DNA of 64,000 nucleotides from a virus (IMGVR_UViG_2595698394_000001:81866-145865); one strand, 5' to 3'; counted from the stretch's first letter, positions 8,620 to 17,299 are shown. Numbers and translations: made by a program. Notes: generated by a model from the letters alone, not told the origin.

Positions 8620-8763
8620 CTTAGTATAAACTGTGGGTTTACTTGCAGAAGAACAGTCGAAAGTAGAGTGTCCAAAGCTCGTGTTCTTTACCTACCGAGG
8701 GGTTTTGCGTTCAGCGTAAAATTGACCCAAAAGGAATATCGGTTAGCAAGGATACTTTTATAT

Positions 8764-8836
8764 ACTTGAGTAGCTCAGTTGGTAGAGCAGTGGTCTCCAA
8801 AACCAAAGGTCGTAGGTTCGAGTCCTACCTCTCGTG
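8764..8836 (+). tRNA. tRNA-Trp (CCA) with two mismatches in the acceptor stem
   Basis: D-arm gctc/gagc, anticodon loop ctccaaa, T-arm gtaggTTCGAGTcctac; acceptor acttgag vs ctctcgt (pairs 3:70 and 4:69 mismatched). Confidence 0.5.
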
Positions 8837-8858
8837 CTAGTGTGTAACACTATACAAC

Positions 8859-8932
8859 GGGGTTGTAGCTGAGTTGGTACAAGCGTCCGATTGAAGCTCG
8901 GAAGTACGAAGGGTCGAAGCCTTCCTTCCCCA
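8859..8932 (+). tRNA. tRNA-Phe (GAA) with two acceptor mismatches and a G54 T-loop
   Basis: Anticodon stem tccga/tcgga, loop ttgaagc, T-arm gaaggGTCGAAGccttc; acceptor ggggttg vs cttcccc (5:68 and 6:67 are T:T). Confidence 0.5.
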
Positions 8933-8987
8933 CAACGTTGCTTATTAACCACTAAAGTTAATGTTTTGTTTATAATAAGCAACAAAT

Positions 8988-9061
8988 AGTGCTGTGCCTG
9001 AGTGGTCCAAAGGAGATGATTGCAAACCTGAAAATCGTCGGTTCGAATCCGACCAGCACCT
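8988..9061 (+). tRNA. tRNA-Cys(GCA)-like; the ttgcaaa loop is present but the anticodon stem pairs poorly
   Basis: T-arm gtcggTTCGAATccgac, acceptor agtgctg/cagcacc, loop ttgcaaa identical to the canonical Cys loop; only ~1 Watson-Crick pair in the stem. Confidence 0.4.
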
Positions 9062-9090
9062 CTAAATATTTACAATCTACGCACTTTTTA

Positions 9091-9122
9091 CTTGCATATG
9101 TCATTTATTTTTTTTACTTTTG
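9091..9122 (+). promoter_or_regulatory. Promoter-like element (cTTG-N20-TACTTTTG) within a 22-nt repeat ttgcatatgtcatttatttttt
   Basis: Repeat shared with 9731-9752; the -7 box matches TAnnTTTG. Confidence 0.4.
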
Positions 9123-9269
9123 ACATGGCGGGTAGCAGTTACAAGTCGCTATTGTTTCTGTGAATGGTAATATTATATTCTAAAGTCCCTTTAAGCAAAT
9201 AACGTTTAAGACTTAAAATCTTTAAGATCCATGATATTTAAAGAGAGTTCGATTCTCTCCCTGCTATCT

Positions 9270-9386
9270 GGAGTTATAATAGTGTGAATACTAGTTGGCA
9301 TGGATTAGGGTGCAACTTGTAAAACTTAATAGTCTTTTTAAGATGTTTCTTTTTACTTTCCACAGGTTCGATTCCTGTTAACTCTA
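9270..9386 (+). ncRNA. Over-length tRNA-like element (117 nt): good acceptor and T-arm, irregular core
   Basis: Acceptor ggagtta/taactct with T-arm acaggTTCGATTcctgt, but ~45 extra nt between the D-region and the T-arm; a T-arm+acceptor remnant gagagTTCGATTctctc-cctgcta lies immediately upstream (9243-9267). Confidence 0.25.
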
Positions 9387-9572
9387 CATAGTCTCCTTCA
9401 CCGATAAGTAGCTCTTTGAAACAGATTACTTATAATTATCCCTGAGTGAGAATCAGGTTATTTAATTATATAGGTGAAGTAAAACATTCACAGTGAGAGA
9501 ACCGTTAGTTGTGGCATTTTATGCTATAAACGAGCAAACGTCATACTCACTGTGTTTTTATTTTAAGAAGAT

Positions 9573-9725
9573 ATGAAAAGAAGTAAAAAACGATGGAACT
9601 GGACAAATAAATTTAAACGTAAGACATTAAGTCAAGGAAGGCGTAAATGCAAATGCAATTGGTGTCTCAGTATTGAATGGAGAAATAGAAAAAGAATAAC
9701 TGTTAAAAAAGATTTAGAATTATAA
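9573..9725 (+). CDS. Small, highly basic Cys-containing protein (50 aa)
   Basis: ATG..TAA frame translated by hand as MKRSKKRWNWTNKFKRKTLSQGRRKCKCNWCLSIEWRNRKRITVKKDLEL; below the ORF-track cutoff. Confidence 0.3.
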   Translation: MKRSKKRWNWTNKFKRKTLSQGRRKCKCNWCLSIEWRNRKRITVKKDLEL

Positions 9726-9729
9726 GTAA

Positions 9730-9761
9730 TTTGCATATGTCATTTATTTTTTGTACGTTTG
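9730..9761 (+). promoter_or_regulatory. Bacteroidetes-type promoter (TTTG-N20-TACGTTTG), second copy of the 22-nt repeat
   Basis: aTTTGcatatgtcatttattttttg-TACGTTTG. Confidence 0.45.
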
Positions 9762-9762
9762 C

Positions 9763-9882
9763 GGTTCGCTGAGTTTTATTTCTTCTTAATTGATAAATAA
9801 TCTTAAGGGTCCGTAAAAAGACTTATTAAACCTACCTAGGAAGAATTGGCTCAGCGGCTTTGAAAACGGGTAGGTTTTTTTG
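9763..9882 (+). ncRNA. Candidate small RNA (~120 nt) bounded by a promoter and a terminator, no ORF
   Basis: Promoter 9730-9761, then ~70 nt, then hairpin aacctacc...gggtaggtt + TTTTTTT (9828-9882). Confidence 0.35.
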
Positions 9883-10443
9883 TGCTTAAAATTGACGTAA
9901 TAACTTCGAACCGAAAGGGGAGTCAGGCCAAACAGAATCGTAACGGAGAACTGTGGTCTTTACGGGTTTAGTAACTGCACCTTTGGAATAATAAGGATAA
10001 ATAGTGGTGATGTTTGAAGAGGAGGTGAAATCTTCTCGCAATCCGATAAGTTGAAAGTCTAAGGATATAAAAGAGTAAGAGCTTAGCTCTACTAAAGTAG
10101 GAATAACGAAACTACTTTTTTGGTGAGGCCGTAAGGCAAAAACGGCTCTTTTAGAAACCACAGATAAAATCTAATAAGCTGAAAATCAAGTAATTATGAT
10201 TTTTGGTTCTGGACGTGTTCTGTCTGATTGTCAAGGTATTTTAATAGCCTGTCTCTTACTCTTGTGGGTGTTATCTATTTATATTCTACACCTAATAATT
10301 CCCCGAAAGTATTTAGATAACACCTCGTAACCACAGCAATCTAGCTAAATAGATTACACTAGTACTAGGTATTTTGGAATAGTCGTATTTTGTTTAAAAA
10401 TAATTGCTTAAACATTTGGTTTTCTGGTATTTAAGTACTAAAT

Positions 10444-12000
10444 TTGTCTATGACAAAAAATGTAACTATGGGGTTAACTCCTTTTCCAAGACAAGCTATA
10501 GCTATAAGTAAACAAGTCGCTTTTTTAGAAAGTGGTACTACCAAAAAGGGAATATTCGTGTATCCTGTTGCCTTTGGGAAATCTGTTGTTATTGCTAATG
10601 TAGCTCAAAAATTTCCTAACAAGTACTTTATAAACATTTGCCCTAATAAAGAACTTACTGATCAGAACTATAAAAAATTTATTTCTTATGGTTATGAGGC
10701 AGCAGTTTGTTGTGCTTCATTAAATAGAAATGAAATAGGTCAAGTTACTTTTGCAACCATTGGGACTTTAAAAAAACATTTAAATTTCTTTAAGGATAAG
10801 GAAGTAGTTATTTTAGTAGATGAGTGCCAGAACCATTCATTGAAAGGATCCTCCTTGCACACTTTTATCCAGTCAATAAAAAAAGTATTTGTTTTAGGTA
10901 CTACTGCAACTCCTCTAAGGTTAAAATCAGGAATGGGTGGAAGTGAGCTTAGAATGATGAACAGCTACAGAGATTGTTTCTACTCATCTATTGAAGATGT
11001 TGTGCAAATTAGTGAAGTAGTTGCAAATAAAAGGTGGTCGAAACTTATCTATGAGGTAGAGGATATAGATGAGTCATTTTTAAAACTTAATACTACTGGA
11101 ACTGAATATACTGTTTCCTCGTTAAAAGTTTTCTCAGAAAAAAACAATATTTTAGATAAAGCTAAAATTGCTGTAGAAAAACTTATAGCAGAAGGTAGAA
11201 AATCTATCCTAGTTTATATGCCTTTTATAGAAGATGCTGATGCACTAGGCGCAAGTATTGAAGGCTCTGTAGTTTTACACTCAAAAGTATCTGATAGAGT
11301 TAGATTCGATGCAATAGAAGGTTTTAAGTCAGGAAGAATAAAAGTACTGATAAATTGTTTAATTCTTGTTGAAGGGTTTGACTATCCAGAATTATCCTCT
11401 ATAGTAATGTGCAGACCTACTAACTCTATAAATCAGTACTACCAGGCATTAGGAAGGTTAACTAGAGTACATAAAAACAAAAATGACGGTAAGGTTATAG
11501 ATATCTCTGGTAACTTTAACAAGTTTGGTAAGATAGAGGATATTACTTTTGAGAATGAGGAGTGGTGTGGTGGATGGGCAGCTTTTTCTGGAGAAAGGTT
11601 ATTGACAAACTATCCTTTAAACAGTAAAATAGTTCCTACAAAACAGTCTTTAATAGAAGACTACGAAAGGAAGCTTAGAAAAGAGGATCCACTAGACCCT
11701 GTATTTAATTTTGGACAATACAAAGGTAAAAGTTTATTATCTCTGTTAAAAGATAAGACTTATGATTTCAAGTTTAAAATGACAGTAGGGGATAGGGTTG
11801 AAAGTTATATAAATTGGATAGTACAAGAAGATGCCAAAGGGAAATTCTCTTTTTATGGAGAATCAGGGGAAAAACTTAAAAGAGGTATTTACCAGCATTT
11901 AAAACTGCCAATGCCTAATAACAGTAAAAATGTTATAAGTACTACCATAGAAGAAAAACCTGTGACAAGAAATAGTTTAGGCTTCATTGTACCCTTTTAA
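10444..12000 (+). CDS. Superfamily-2 DEAD/DEAH-type helicase
   Basis: Walker A AFGKS, motif II VDECQN, motif III GTTATP, motif VI QALGRLTR. Confidence 0.7.
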   Translation: MSMTKNVTMGLTPFPRQAIAISKQVAFLESGTTKKGIFVYPVAFGKSVVIANVAQKFPNKYFINICPNKELTDQNYKKFISYGYEAAVCCASLNRNEIGQVTFATIGTLKKHLNFFKDKEVVILVDECQNHSLKGSSLHTFIQSIKKVFVLGTTATPLRLKSGMGGSELRMMNSYRDCFYSSIEDVVQISEVVANKRWSKLIYEVEDIDESFLKLNTTGTEYTVSSLKVFSEKNNILDKAKIAVEKLIAEGRKSILVYMPFIEDADALGASIEGSVVLHSKVSDRVRFDAIEGFKSGRIKVLINCLILVEGFDYPELSSIVMCRPTNSINQYYQALGRLTRVHKNKNDGKVIDISGNFNKFGKIEDITFENEEWCGGWAAFSGERLLTNYPLNSKIVPTKQSLIEDYERKLRKEDPLDPVFNFGQYKGKSLLSLLKDKTYDFKFKMTVGDRVESYINWIVQEDAKGKFSFYGESGEKLKRGIYQHLKLPMPNNSKNVISTTIEEKPVTRNSLGFIVPF

Positions 12001-12343
12001 AAATTTAGATATGAATAAAAGAGAAGTTAGAGAAGCAGTAGAGTACGTATTTCAACAAGAAAGTAAGAAGCCTGAAAGGAGGTTTATTAAATTAGTTTCT
12101 TACTGCAAAGGAAATGATGGGCCTAGAAATTATGGTACAAGTATGACTGGAGTATGCAATGACCCTGAGTGTAATAACTGCCGTAATTTTTCCAGGTTAA
12201 TGCAAGAAGAGCTTACCCTACAAATAGAGGAACTAGAATCCATAACAGCTACTAAGTACTTGACAGAAGAGGAAATAATAGACAAATATGGGTTAACAAA
12301 AGAGGATATAGAAAAACTTAAAAGTAAATACAATGATATATAA
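11987..12343 (+). CDS. Hypothetical protein (118 aa) with CNDPECNNC motif
   Basis: ORF track; overlaps the helicase stop. Confidence 0.5.
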   Translation: MYPFKNLDMNKREVREAVEYVFQQESKKPERRFIKLVSYCKGNDGPRNYGTSMTGVCNDPECNNCRNFSRLMQEELTLQIEELESITATKYLTEEEIIDKYGLTKEDIEKLKSKYNDI

Positions 12344-12542
12344 TTACCATCCAATACTAGGACTACAATATAGTTGTATGGAAATACCTATTGTTTCAAT
12401 AGATCTTGGAGCCTTACCTGTTTTAAGCAAGGAGGATTTAAATAAGTTTTTAACTGAATGGAGAGAAATTGAGAAATTAAGTATTTCATCAACAAGTGTT
12501 GTTACTGAAACTATCTATAGTCCTATAATATCAAATTTTTAA
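12333..12542 (+). CDS. Hypothetical protein (69 aa)
   Basis: ORF track. Confidence 0.4.
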   Translation: MIYNYHPILGLQYSCMEIPIVSIDLGALPVLSKEDLNKFLTEWREIEKLSISSTSVVTETIYSPIISNF

Positions 12543-12544
12543 TT

Positions 12545-12766
12545 ATGGAACAAAGAAATAATTATTTAGTCTGGGGGCATTATTATAAAAGGGAAATAAC
12601 AAGCTTAGAATACTATTGTGATGTTGTAGGAGAGTACTGGTATGAGGATGAGAATACTTCCAATTGGGTATATATCTTAGAAAGGCTTTGGGATAAGACA
12701 GAGGAGGAAGTTAAAGCTTTCTGTAATAAATATAAAACTGAAACTATATGGTACGAAATTATTTAA
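12545..12766 (+). CDS. Hypothetical Trp/Tyr-rich protein (73 aa)
   Basis: ORF track. Confidence 0.45.
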   Translation: MEQRNNYLVWGHYYKREITSLEYYCDVVGEYWYEDENTSNWVYILERLWDKTEEEVKAFCNKYKTETIWYEII

Positions 12767-13254
12767 CACTGATAATAGCATTAGTAAGTATAGTAGTATC
12801 CTCTCAGGATATTTTGTATAAAGTCATAGAAAATGACAGTACTTACATTTTTGCAGTAAGTAAGCCTCTAGTCCCTATTGTAGATGACTTTTTTACTCAC
12901 GCAAAGAAAAACAACTACTCAATTTCTAAAGTAGCTGACTTACACGGAGTCTACAAAACAAATGTGATTTCTCATTACACAGGTTCACAAGATGCTGGAT
13001 TAACTATGATAAGCAGAGATTTTAAAGATATAATATTTATAAATGATAATCTACCCACCTATTTACCCACCCTTATAGAGGTGGTAGTTTATCATGAGTT
13101 TTATCACTTCTTTGCTAATAACAAGGATCACTGTGACACTATATTTTGCCCTTATATTTTACAAAGTGGAGATAAAATAGATGTTGAGTATGTAATAAGA
13201 ACATGGGGAGAAGATGATAAAAAAGAGTACTTTGAATATTTAAAGATAAACTAG
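12748..13254 (+). CDS. Secreted or membrane-anchored protein with an HExxH motif, possibly a small zinc metallopeptidase
   Basis: N-terminal hydrophobic segment LTLIIALVSIVVSS; VVYHEFYHF contains HEFYH. Confidence 0.45.
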   Translation: MVRNYLTLIIALVSIVVSSQDILYKVIENDSTYIFAVSKPLVPIVDDFFTHAKKNNYSISKVADLHGVYKTNVISHYTGSQDAGLTMISRDFKDIIFINDNLPTYLPTLIEVVVYHEFYHFFANNKDHCDTIFCPYILQSGDKIDVEYVIRTWGEDDKKEYFEYLKIN

Positions 13255-13742
13255 TGAAACATTATAAATACTTCAGCGAAGAAATAACCGAAGAATCTGT
13301 CCAGGAATTAATAGATTCTTTATGTAGGAATAACACAGAGGTGTTATACTTTGCTACTAATGGAGGGGATACTAATTCTATGGAAGTACTAGTCTCTTTT
13401 TTGTCAGACAATGAAATAAAAGTTATTTTAACAGATAGAATAGCTAGTTGTGGTGTGGACCTACTGACAGAGTACGGAGGCTCGTTATCTATCTCTAGGA
13501 ATTTAGAGTATATACTATTTCATTTATGTGACAGAAGTTTCTCTACTACCCTTAAGGAGACTGTTTCTTCTAAAGTATTAAAAAAGGACTTAGATGATTA
13601 TAATAAAGAGCTCTTAAAAAGATATAAAACTTTAGGCCTAAGCAGTAAGCAGCTAAAGAAGATAAGCGAAGGCAAAGATGTTATTGTTTATAGAAAAGAT
13701 TTTAATAAGTTAAACCTAGAAGATGTTTCCGAAGAAAATTGA
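13254..13742 (+). CDS. ClpP-fold serine-protease-like protein (162 aa)
   Basis: ATNGGDTNSMEVLVSFL...DRIASCGVDLL resembles ClpP SPGG...GQAASMGAFLL. Confidence 0.4.
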   Translation: MKHYKYFSEEITEESVQELIDSLCRNNTEVLYFATNGGDTNSMEVLVSFLSDNEIKVILTDRIASCGVDLLTEYGGSLSISRNLEYILFHLCDRSFSTTLKETVSSKVLKKDLDDYNKELLKRYKTLGLSSKQLKKISEGKDVIVYRKDFNKLNLEDVSEEN

Positions 13743-14178
13743 TTTTAATACAGACGACTTCTCTAAACTTAAGATGTCCTCTTTAAAAAGAATGGCAGAC
13801 TACTGGTTAAGACAGTACTTACTTTCAAAAGCAAAAAGAAAAGGCTTATCTAAGAGAATATATTGCCCTATAAAAAATAGTTGGTATCCAGAAAATAAAA
13901 TTCATGTAGCTCACTATGTAGACAGAGCGTGTATGAACCTTAGGTACGATCTAAGGAACGTTAAACTTATTTCCGAACAAAGTAACATGTGGGATTCAAA
14001 AGTCCCTCACGAGGGCTATAAAAGCAAACATCATTTTGAATACTCGCAAATTTTATCTAAAAAAGACAAAGAGTACTTGGAAAGTAACAATGTTATTAAT
14101 ATATTTGCCAGACAAGACTATGTTACCTTGATAGTCAAGTTTAGAAATAAGGTAGCGTTAAAAAATAAAAATTCATAA
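13723..14178 (+). CDS. Putative HNH-like nuclease (151 aa)
   Basis: CP...HVAHYVDRA...N...N arrangement; weak. Confidence 0.35.
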   Translation: MFPKKIDFNTDDFSKLKMSSLKRMADYWLRQYLLSKAKRKGLSKRIYCPIKNSWYPENKIHVAHYVDRACMNLRYDLRNVKLISEQSNMWDSKVPHEGYKSKHHFEYSQILSKKDKEYLESNNVINIFARQDYVTLIVKFRNKVALKNKNS

Positions 14179-14179
14179 T

Positions 14180-14590
14180 ATGGAAAAAAAAGAGCATCCT
14201 TTCACCAGACTATCTAACTTGATTGCTGACTATGAAGCTAATAAAGAAAGCTTTGACTTAGACAAGCTAATTACTATGCGAGAAGACATAAGTATAACTA
14301 CTTTTAATATGTCCGATAGTGCTAGTGAAGCTTTAAGCAGGTATGATTTAGCAGAGCATGTAAGAAAAATGAAAATGGCTGAAAGAGAACAATACCATAG
14401 AGCTGGTACAGGATCTAACGGAAAGCCTATGACAGTTGCTGAGGCAGAGAATTTATCTAGGATAGAGTGCAAACAAGAAGTAGAGGATTGTAAAGAAAGT
14501 TTAAGAAAGAAAAAAAGAGTAGAAATAATCTTAAAAAGTACAGAGCAAATATTACATGCAATAAGCTCTAGAATAAAAATGATAGAATAA
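14180..14590 (+). CDS. Hypothetical protein (136 aa)
   Basis: ORF track. Confidence 0.5.
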   Translation: MEKKEHPFTRLSNLIADYEANKESFDLDKLITMREDISITTFNMSDSASEALSRYDLAEHVRKMKMAEREQYHRAGTGSNGKPMTVAEAENLSRIECKQEVEDCKESLRKKKRVEIILKSTEQILHAISSRIKMIE

Positions 14591-14591
14591 T

Positions 14592-15587
14592 ATGGCTAAG
14601 AAAAAAAATGAAATTGATAATGCCTCTTCTGCTTTAGATAAACTGTACAGCAAGTATAGTAAAACAGAGAACGTTTACAAGGCTCCAGATAAACTAGAAG
14701 ATATAGATCCTTCAGTATCTAGAATGAAATCCCCTTTCTTATCTTTTGATAGATATCTAGGAGGAGGACCTGCATATGGTAAGATCACAACTTACTCTGC
14801 TTTTGCAAGCATGGGTAAAACGTCTTTAGCTTTAGCACATGCAGGAGAAAACCCTGATAAAATAGTAGGTTTTGTCGATGCAGAGTTTAACTGGGATGAT
14901 GCTTCTTATTTATGGGTAGATAAGTATTTTGGCATAGAGAAAGAAAGAATACATATCTTACATCCTACTTATTTAGAAGAAGGGGCAGAAATGATAGAGG
15001 ATTTATGTGATGCCTGTGATATAGTAATATATGATGGATTTGACTCTATAGCTCCTAAAGGAGAGTATGAAGGCAGTATGGAAGACAACTCTATGGGGCT
15101 TCAAGCTAGGGCATACAAAAAGTTCTTTAGACGTAGTATGGGTAAAATATACAAAAGCAAAGCAGCTTTAATAATTACAAATCACCTTTATGAAAATATA
15201 GGGAATGTCTATGAACCTTTTAAGGAACCAGGAGGAAAGGCTATTGCTGATTATGCATCTCAAAAATTATTCTTAACTAGAGGCAACTTAAAGGATTCAG
15301 AAAAAAATATTACTGGACAAACTGTTAGAGTCAATGTAAATAAAGATAAACTTACTGGTAGCAGGGGTATAAAATTTGAGATACCTTATGATAACAAGAC
15401 AGGATTCGATGTAGTAGGAGACATCATAAACAATGCTATTGACCTAGGAGTTATTAAGCAAGCAGGATCTTGGTTTTCTTATGATGAAACCAAGCTAGGG
15501 CAAGGAGGAAATGCTGTAAGAGGACTGTTGGAAGATAATGTGGAGCTTCTTGAGGAAATAGTTTTAAAATGTAAATCTTTATTTTAA
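14592..15587 (+). CDS. RecA-superfamily recombinase (UvsX/Sak4/RadA-like)
   Basis: Walker A SAFASMGKTSLAL, Walker B-like IVIYDGFDS; typical RecA length and layout. Confidence 0.65.
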   Translation: MAKKKNEIDNASSALDKLYSKYSKTENVYKAPDKLEDIDPSVSRMKSPFLSFDRYLGGGPAYGKITTYSAFASMGKTSLALAHAGENPDKIVGFVDAEFNWDDASYLWVDKYFGIEKERIHILHPTYLEEGAEMIEDLCDACDIVIYDGFDSIAPKGEYEGSMEDNSMGLQARAYKKFFRRSMGKIYKSKAALIITNHLYENIGNVYEPFKEPGGKAIADYASQKLFLTRGNLKDSEKNITGQTVRVNVNKDKLTGSRGIKFEIPYDNKTGFDVVGDIINNAIDLGVIKQAGSWFSYDETKLGQGGNAVRGLLEDNVELLEEIVLKCKSLF

Positions 15588-15758
15588 CATGAGTTTTTTA
15601 GCCTTAATAGTATTACTTTATTTTGGATATAATTGGGCTTCAACCGCTTTAAAAATAGAAGAAGGAGAGCTTAAGGATAACAAAAAAACAAAATTTCTAG
15701 GGTTCCTGTTTATGGTTCCCTATGAAATTTTTATAAAAATAAAAAAATATATAAGTAA

Positions 15759-16211
15759 ATGGTAAATTGGTATCACCAAGGAATAGAAATTTTAGATGTT
15801 TCCCAAATACCAGAAGGAGTTATTGGGTTTGTTTATAGAATTGACAATTTAAATAATGGTAAAATTTATATTGGTCGAAAAGCTATACAATCTAAGCGAA
15901 AAAGAAAATTTGGGAAAAGAGAGATTGCAGCTATGCCTAATAAAAGGCTTAAAAAATGGGAACTGGTAATATCAGAAATGAAAGGCTGGAAATCCTATAC
16001 TGGAAGTTCAGAAGAGCTAAATAAGGACATAGCTAAAGGAGATAAGATCCACAAACAAATACTAGTTTATTGTACAAGTAAAAAAGAATTAGCTTACTGG
16101 GAATCGAAATATTTATTTTGTGAAGGTACAATAGAATCAGAAAATTATTATAACGGTAACATAATGGGAAAATTCTTCCCAAAAGATTTAAAAAAAGATG
16201 GCGAAGATTGA
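15759..16211 (+). CDS. GIY-YIG family endonuclease (homing-endonuclease-like)
   Basis: GFVYRIDNLNNGKIYIGRKA matches the I-TevI motif GIYQIKNTLNNKVYVGSAK; conserved downstream KRKFGKRE and ELAYWESKY. Confidence 0.65.
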   Translation: MVNWYHQGIEILDVSQIPEGVIGFVYRIDNLNNGKIYIGRKAIQSKRKRKFGKREIAAMPNKRLKKWELVISEMKGWKSYTGSSEELNKDIAKGDKIHKQILVYCTSKKELAYWESKYLFCEGTIESENYYNGNIMGKFFPKDLKKDGED

Positions 16212-17235
16212 TCACACATTTAGAGACTTATGCTCTAAAATACAACTAGAAGGCAGAGAGTACGAAAATAAAAACAGAGGGGTAAAAAGATTGCAAATAC
16301 CTAGTTATACATTAAAGCATTCTTTTGAAGACGGCTTTCCTGCAATAACAAATAAAGGGTTATTTTGGAAAGGTATTACTGGAGAGTTGATATGGTTCCT
16401 TAGAGGAGATAATGATATCGAGTATTTAAAACTCAATAAGATCGATATTTGGGACAAAGATGCATACAACTGGTACGCAAAACACCACTCTGGATTAAAA
16501 GAAGACTCAGATGAGCCATTTAGAATGTTAACATTTGAAGAATTTCAGTTGGAGGGAAAAGGGTCTGTAGGTAAAAACTACTCTGTGCAGTGGAGGGACT
16601 TCCAAGGAGTAGACCAAATCCTTAGATTAGTGACTGATATGAAAAAAGACATCATGTCCTCAAGGTTAAAAGTAAATGCCTGGAATCCTGCTGAAATATT
16701 TGAAACTGCTTTACCTCCTTGTCATTCAGAATTTCAAGTTATTGGAGTACCTTTAACAACAGATGAAAGATTTAAAATAGCAAACTTATCAGAAGAAGAA
16801 ATTGCCTATGTCGTAGATAATGACTTAGTTATGGAAGCTTTAGAAGATGTTCCTGAATTTGGGTTTGAGTTACACTGGAATCAAAGATCAGTTGATACAT
16901 TTTTAGGGTTACCGTTTAATATTGCTTCTTACGGATTACTAGCAAAAATGCTGGAGATGTTAACTGGTTACAAAGCTTTAGGAATAGAAGGCACATTGAA
17001 GTGTGTACATTTCTATGATAATCAGTATGAAGCTGTGAATCAGTTATTAGAAAGAGATCCTGATACTCATGCTAACTGTGAATTAGTTATTAGTGACTAT
17101 GTAAAAAGTTTAGACCCTTTTAAATTAGAATTAGATGAATTTTTAATGAGTATTGCTATACCAGATTTTACCTTAAAAGGGTATACTTCAGATAAAAGAA
17201 TACCTGTAAAAATGTTAGCACCTAAAAGTATTTAA
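16198..17235 (+). CDS. thyA: Thymidylate synthase (ThyA type)
   Basis: ALPPCH active-site motif and the conserved block VQWRDF within the TS-like N-terminus. Confidence 0.8.
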   Translation: MAKIDHTFRDLCSKIQLEGREYENKNRGVKRLQIPSYTLKHSFEDGFPAITNKGLFWKGITGELIWFLRGDNDIEYLKLNKIDIWDKDAYNWYAKHHSGLKEDSDEPFRMLTFEEFQLEGKGSVGKNYSVQWRDFQGVDQILRLVTDMKKDIMSSRLKVNAWNPAEIFETALPPCHSEFQVIGVPLTTDERFKIANLSEEEIAYVVDNDLVMEALEDVPEFGFELHWNQRSVDTFLGLPFNIASYGLLAKMLEMLTGYKALGIEGTLKCVHFYDNQYEAVNQLLERDPDTHANCELVISDYVKSLDPFKLELDEFLMSIAIPDFTLKGYTSDKRIPVKMLAPKSI

Positions 17236-17299
17236 AATAAAAGAGAAAATCCTTGCATATTAAATATTAAAGAATTAAATTTGTAATGAACAAAAGCAT

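Noticed and set aside
8758-8985. Minus-strand ORF (75 aa)
   Set aside because: It is antisense to the Trp and Phe tRNAs.
9886-10161. Minus-strand ORF (91 aa)
   Set aside because: It is the only minus-strand ORF in a long plus-strand block, has no neighbours, and lies in a structured non-coding region.
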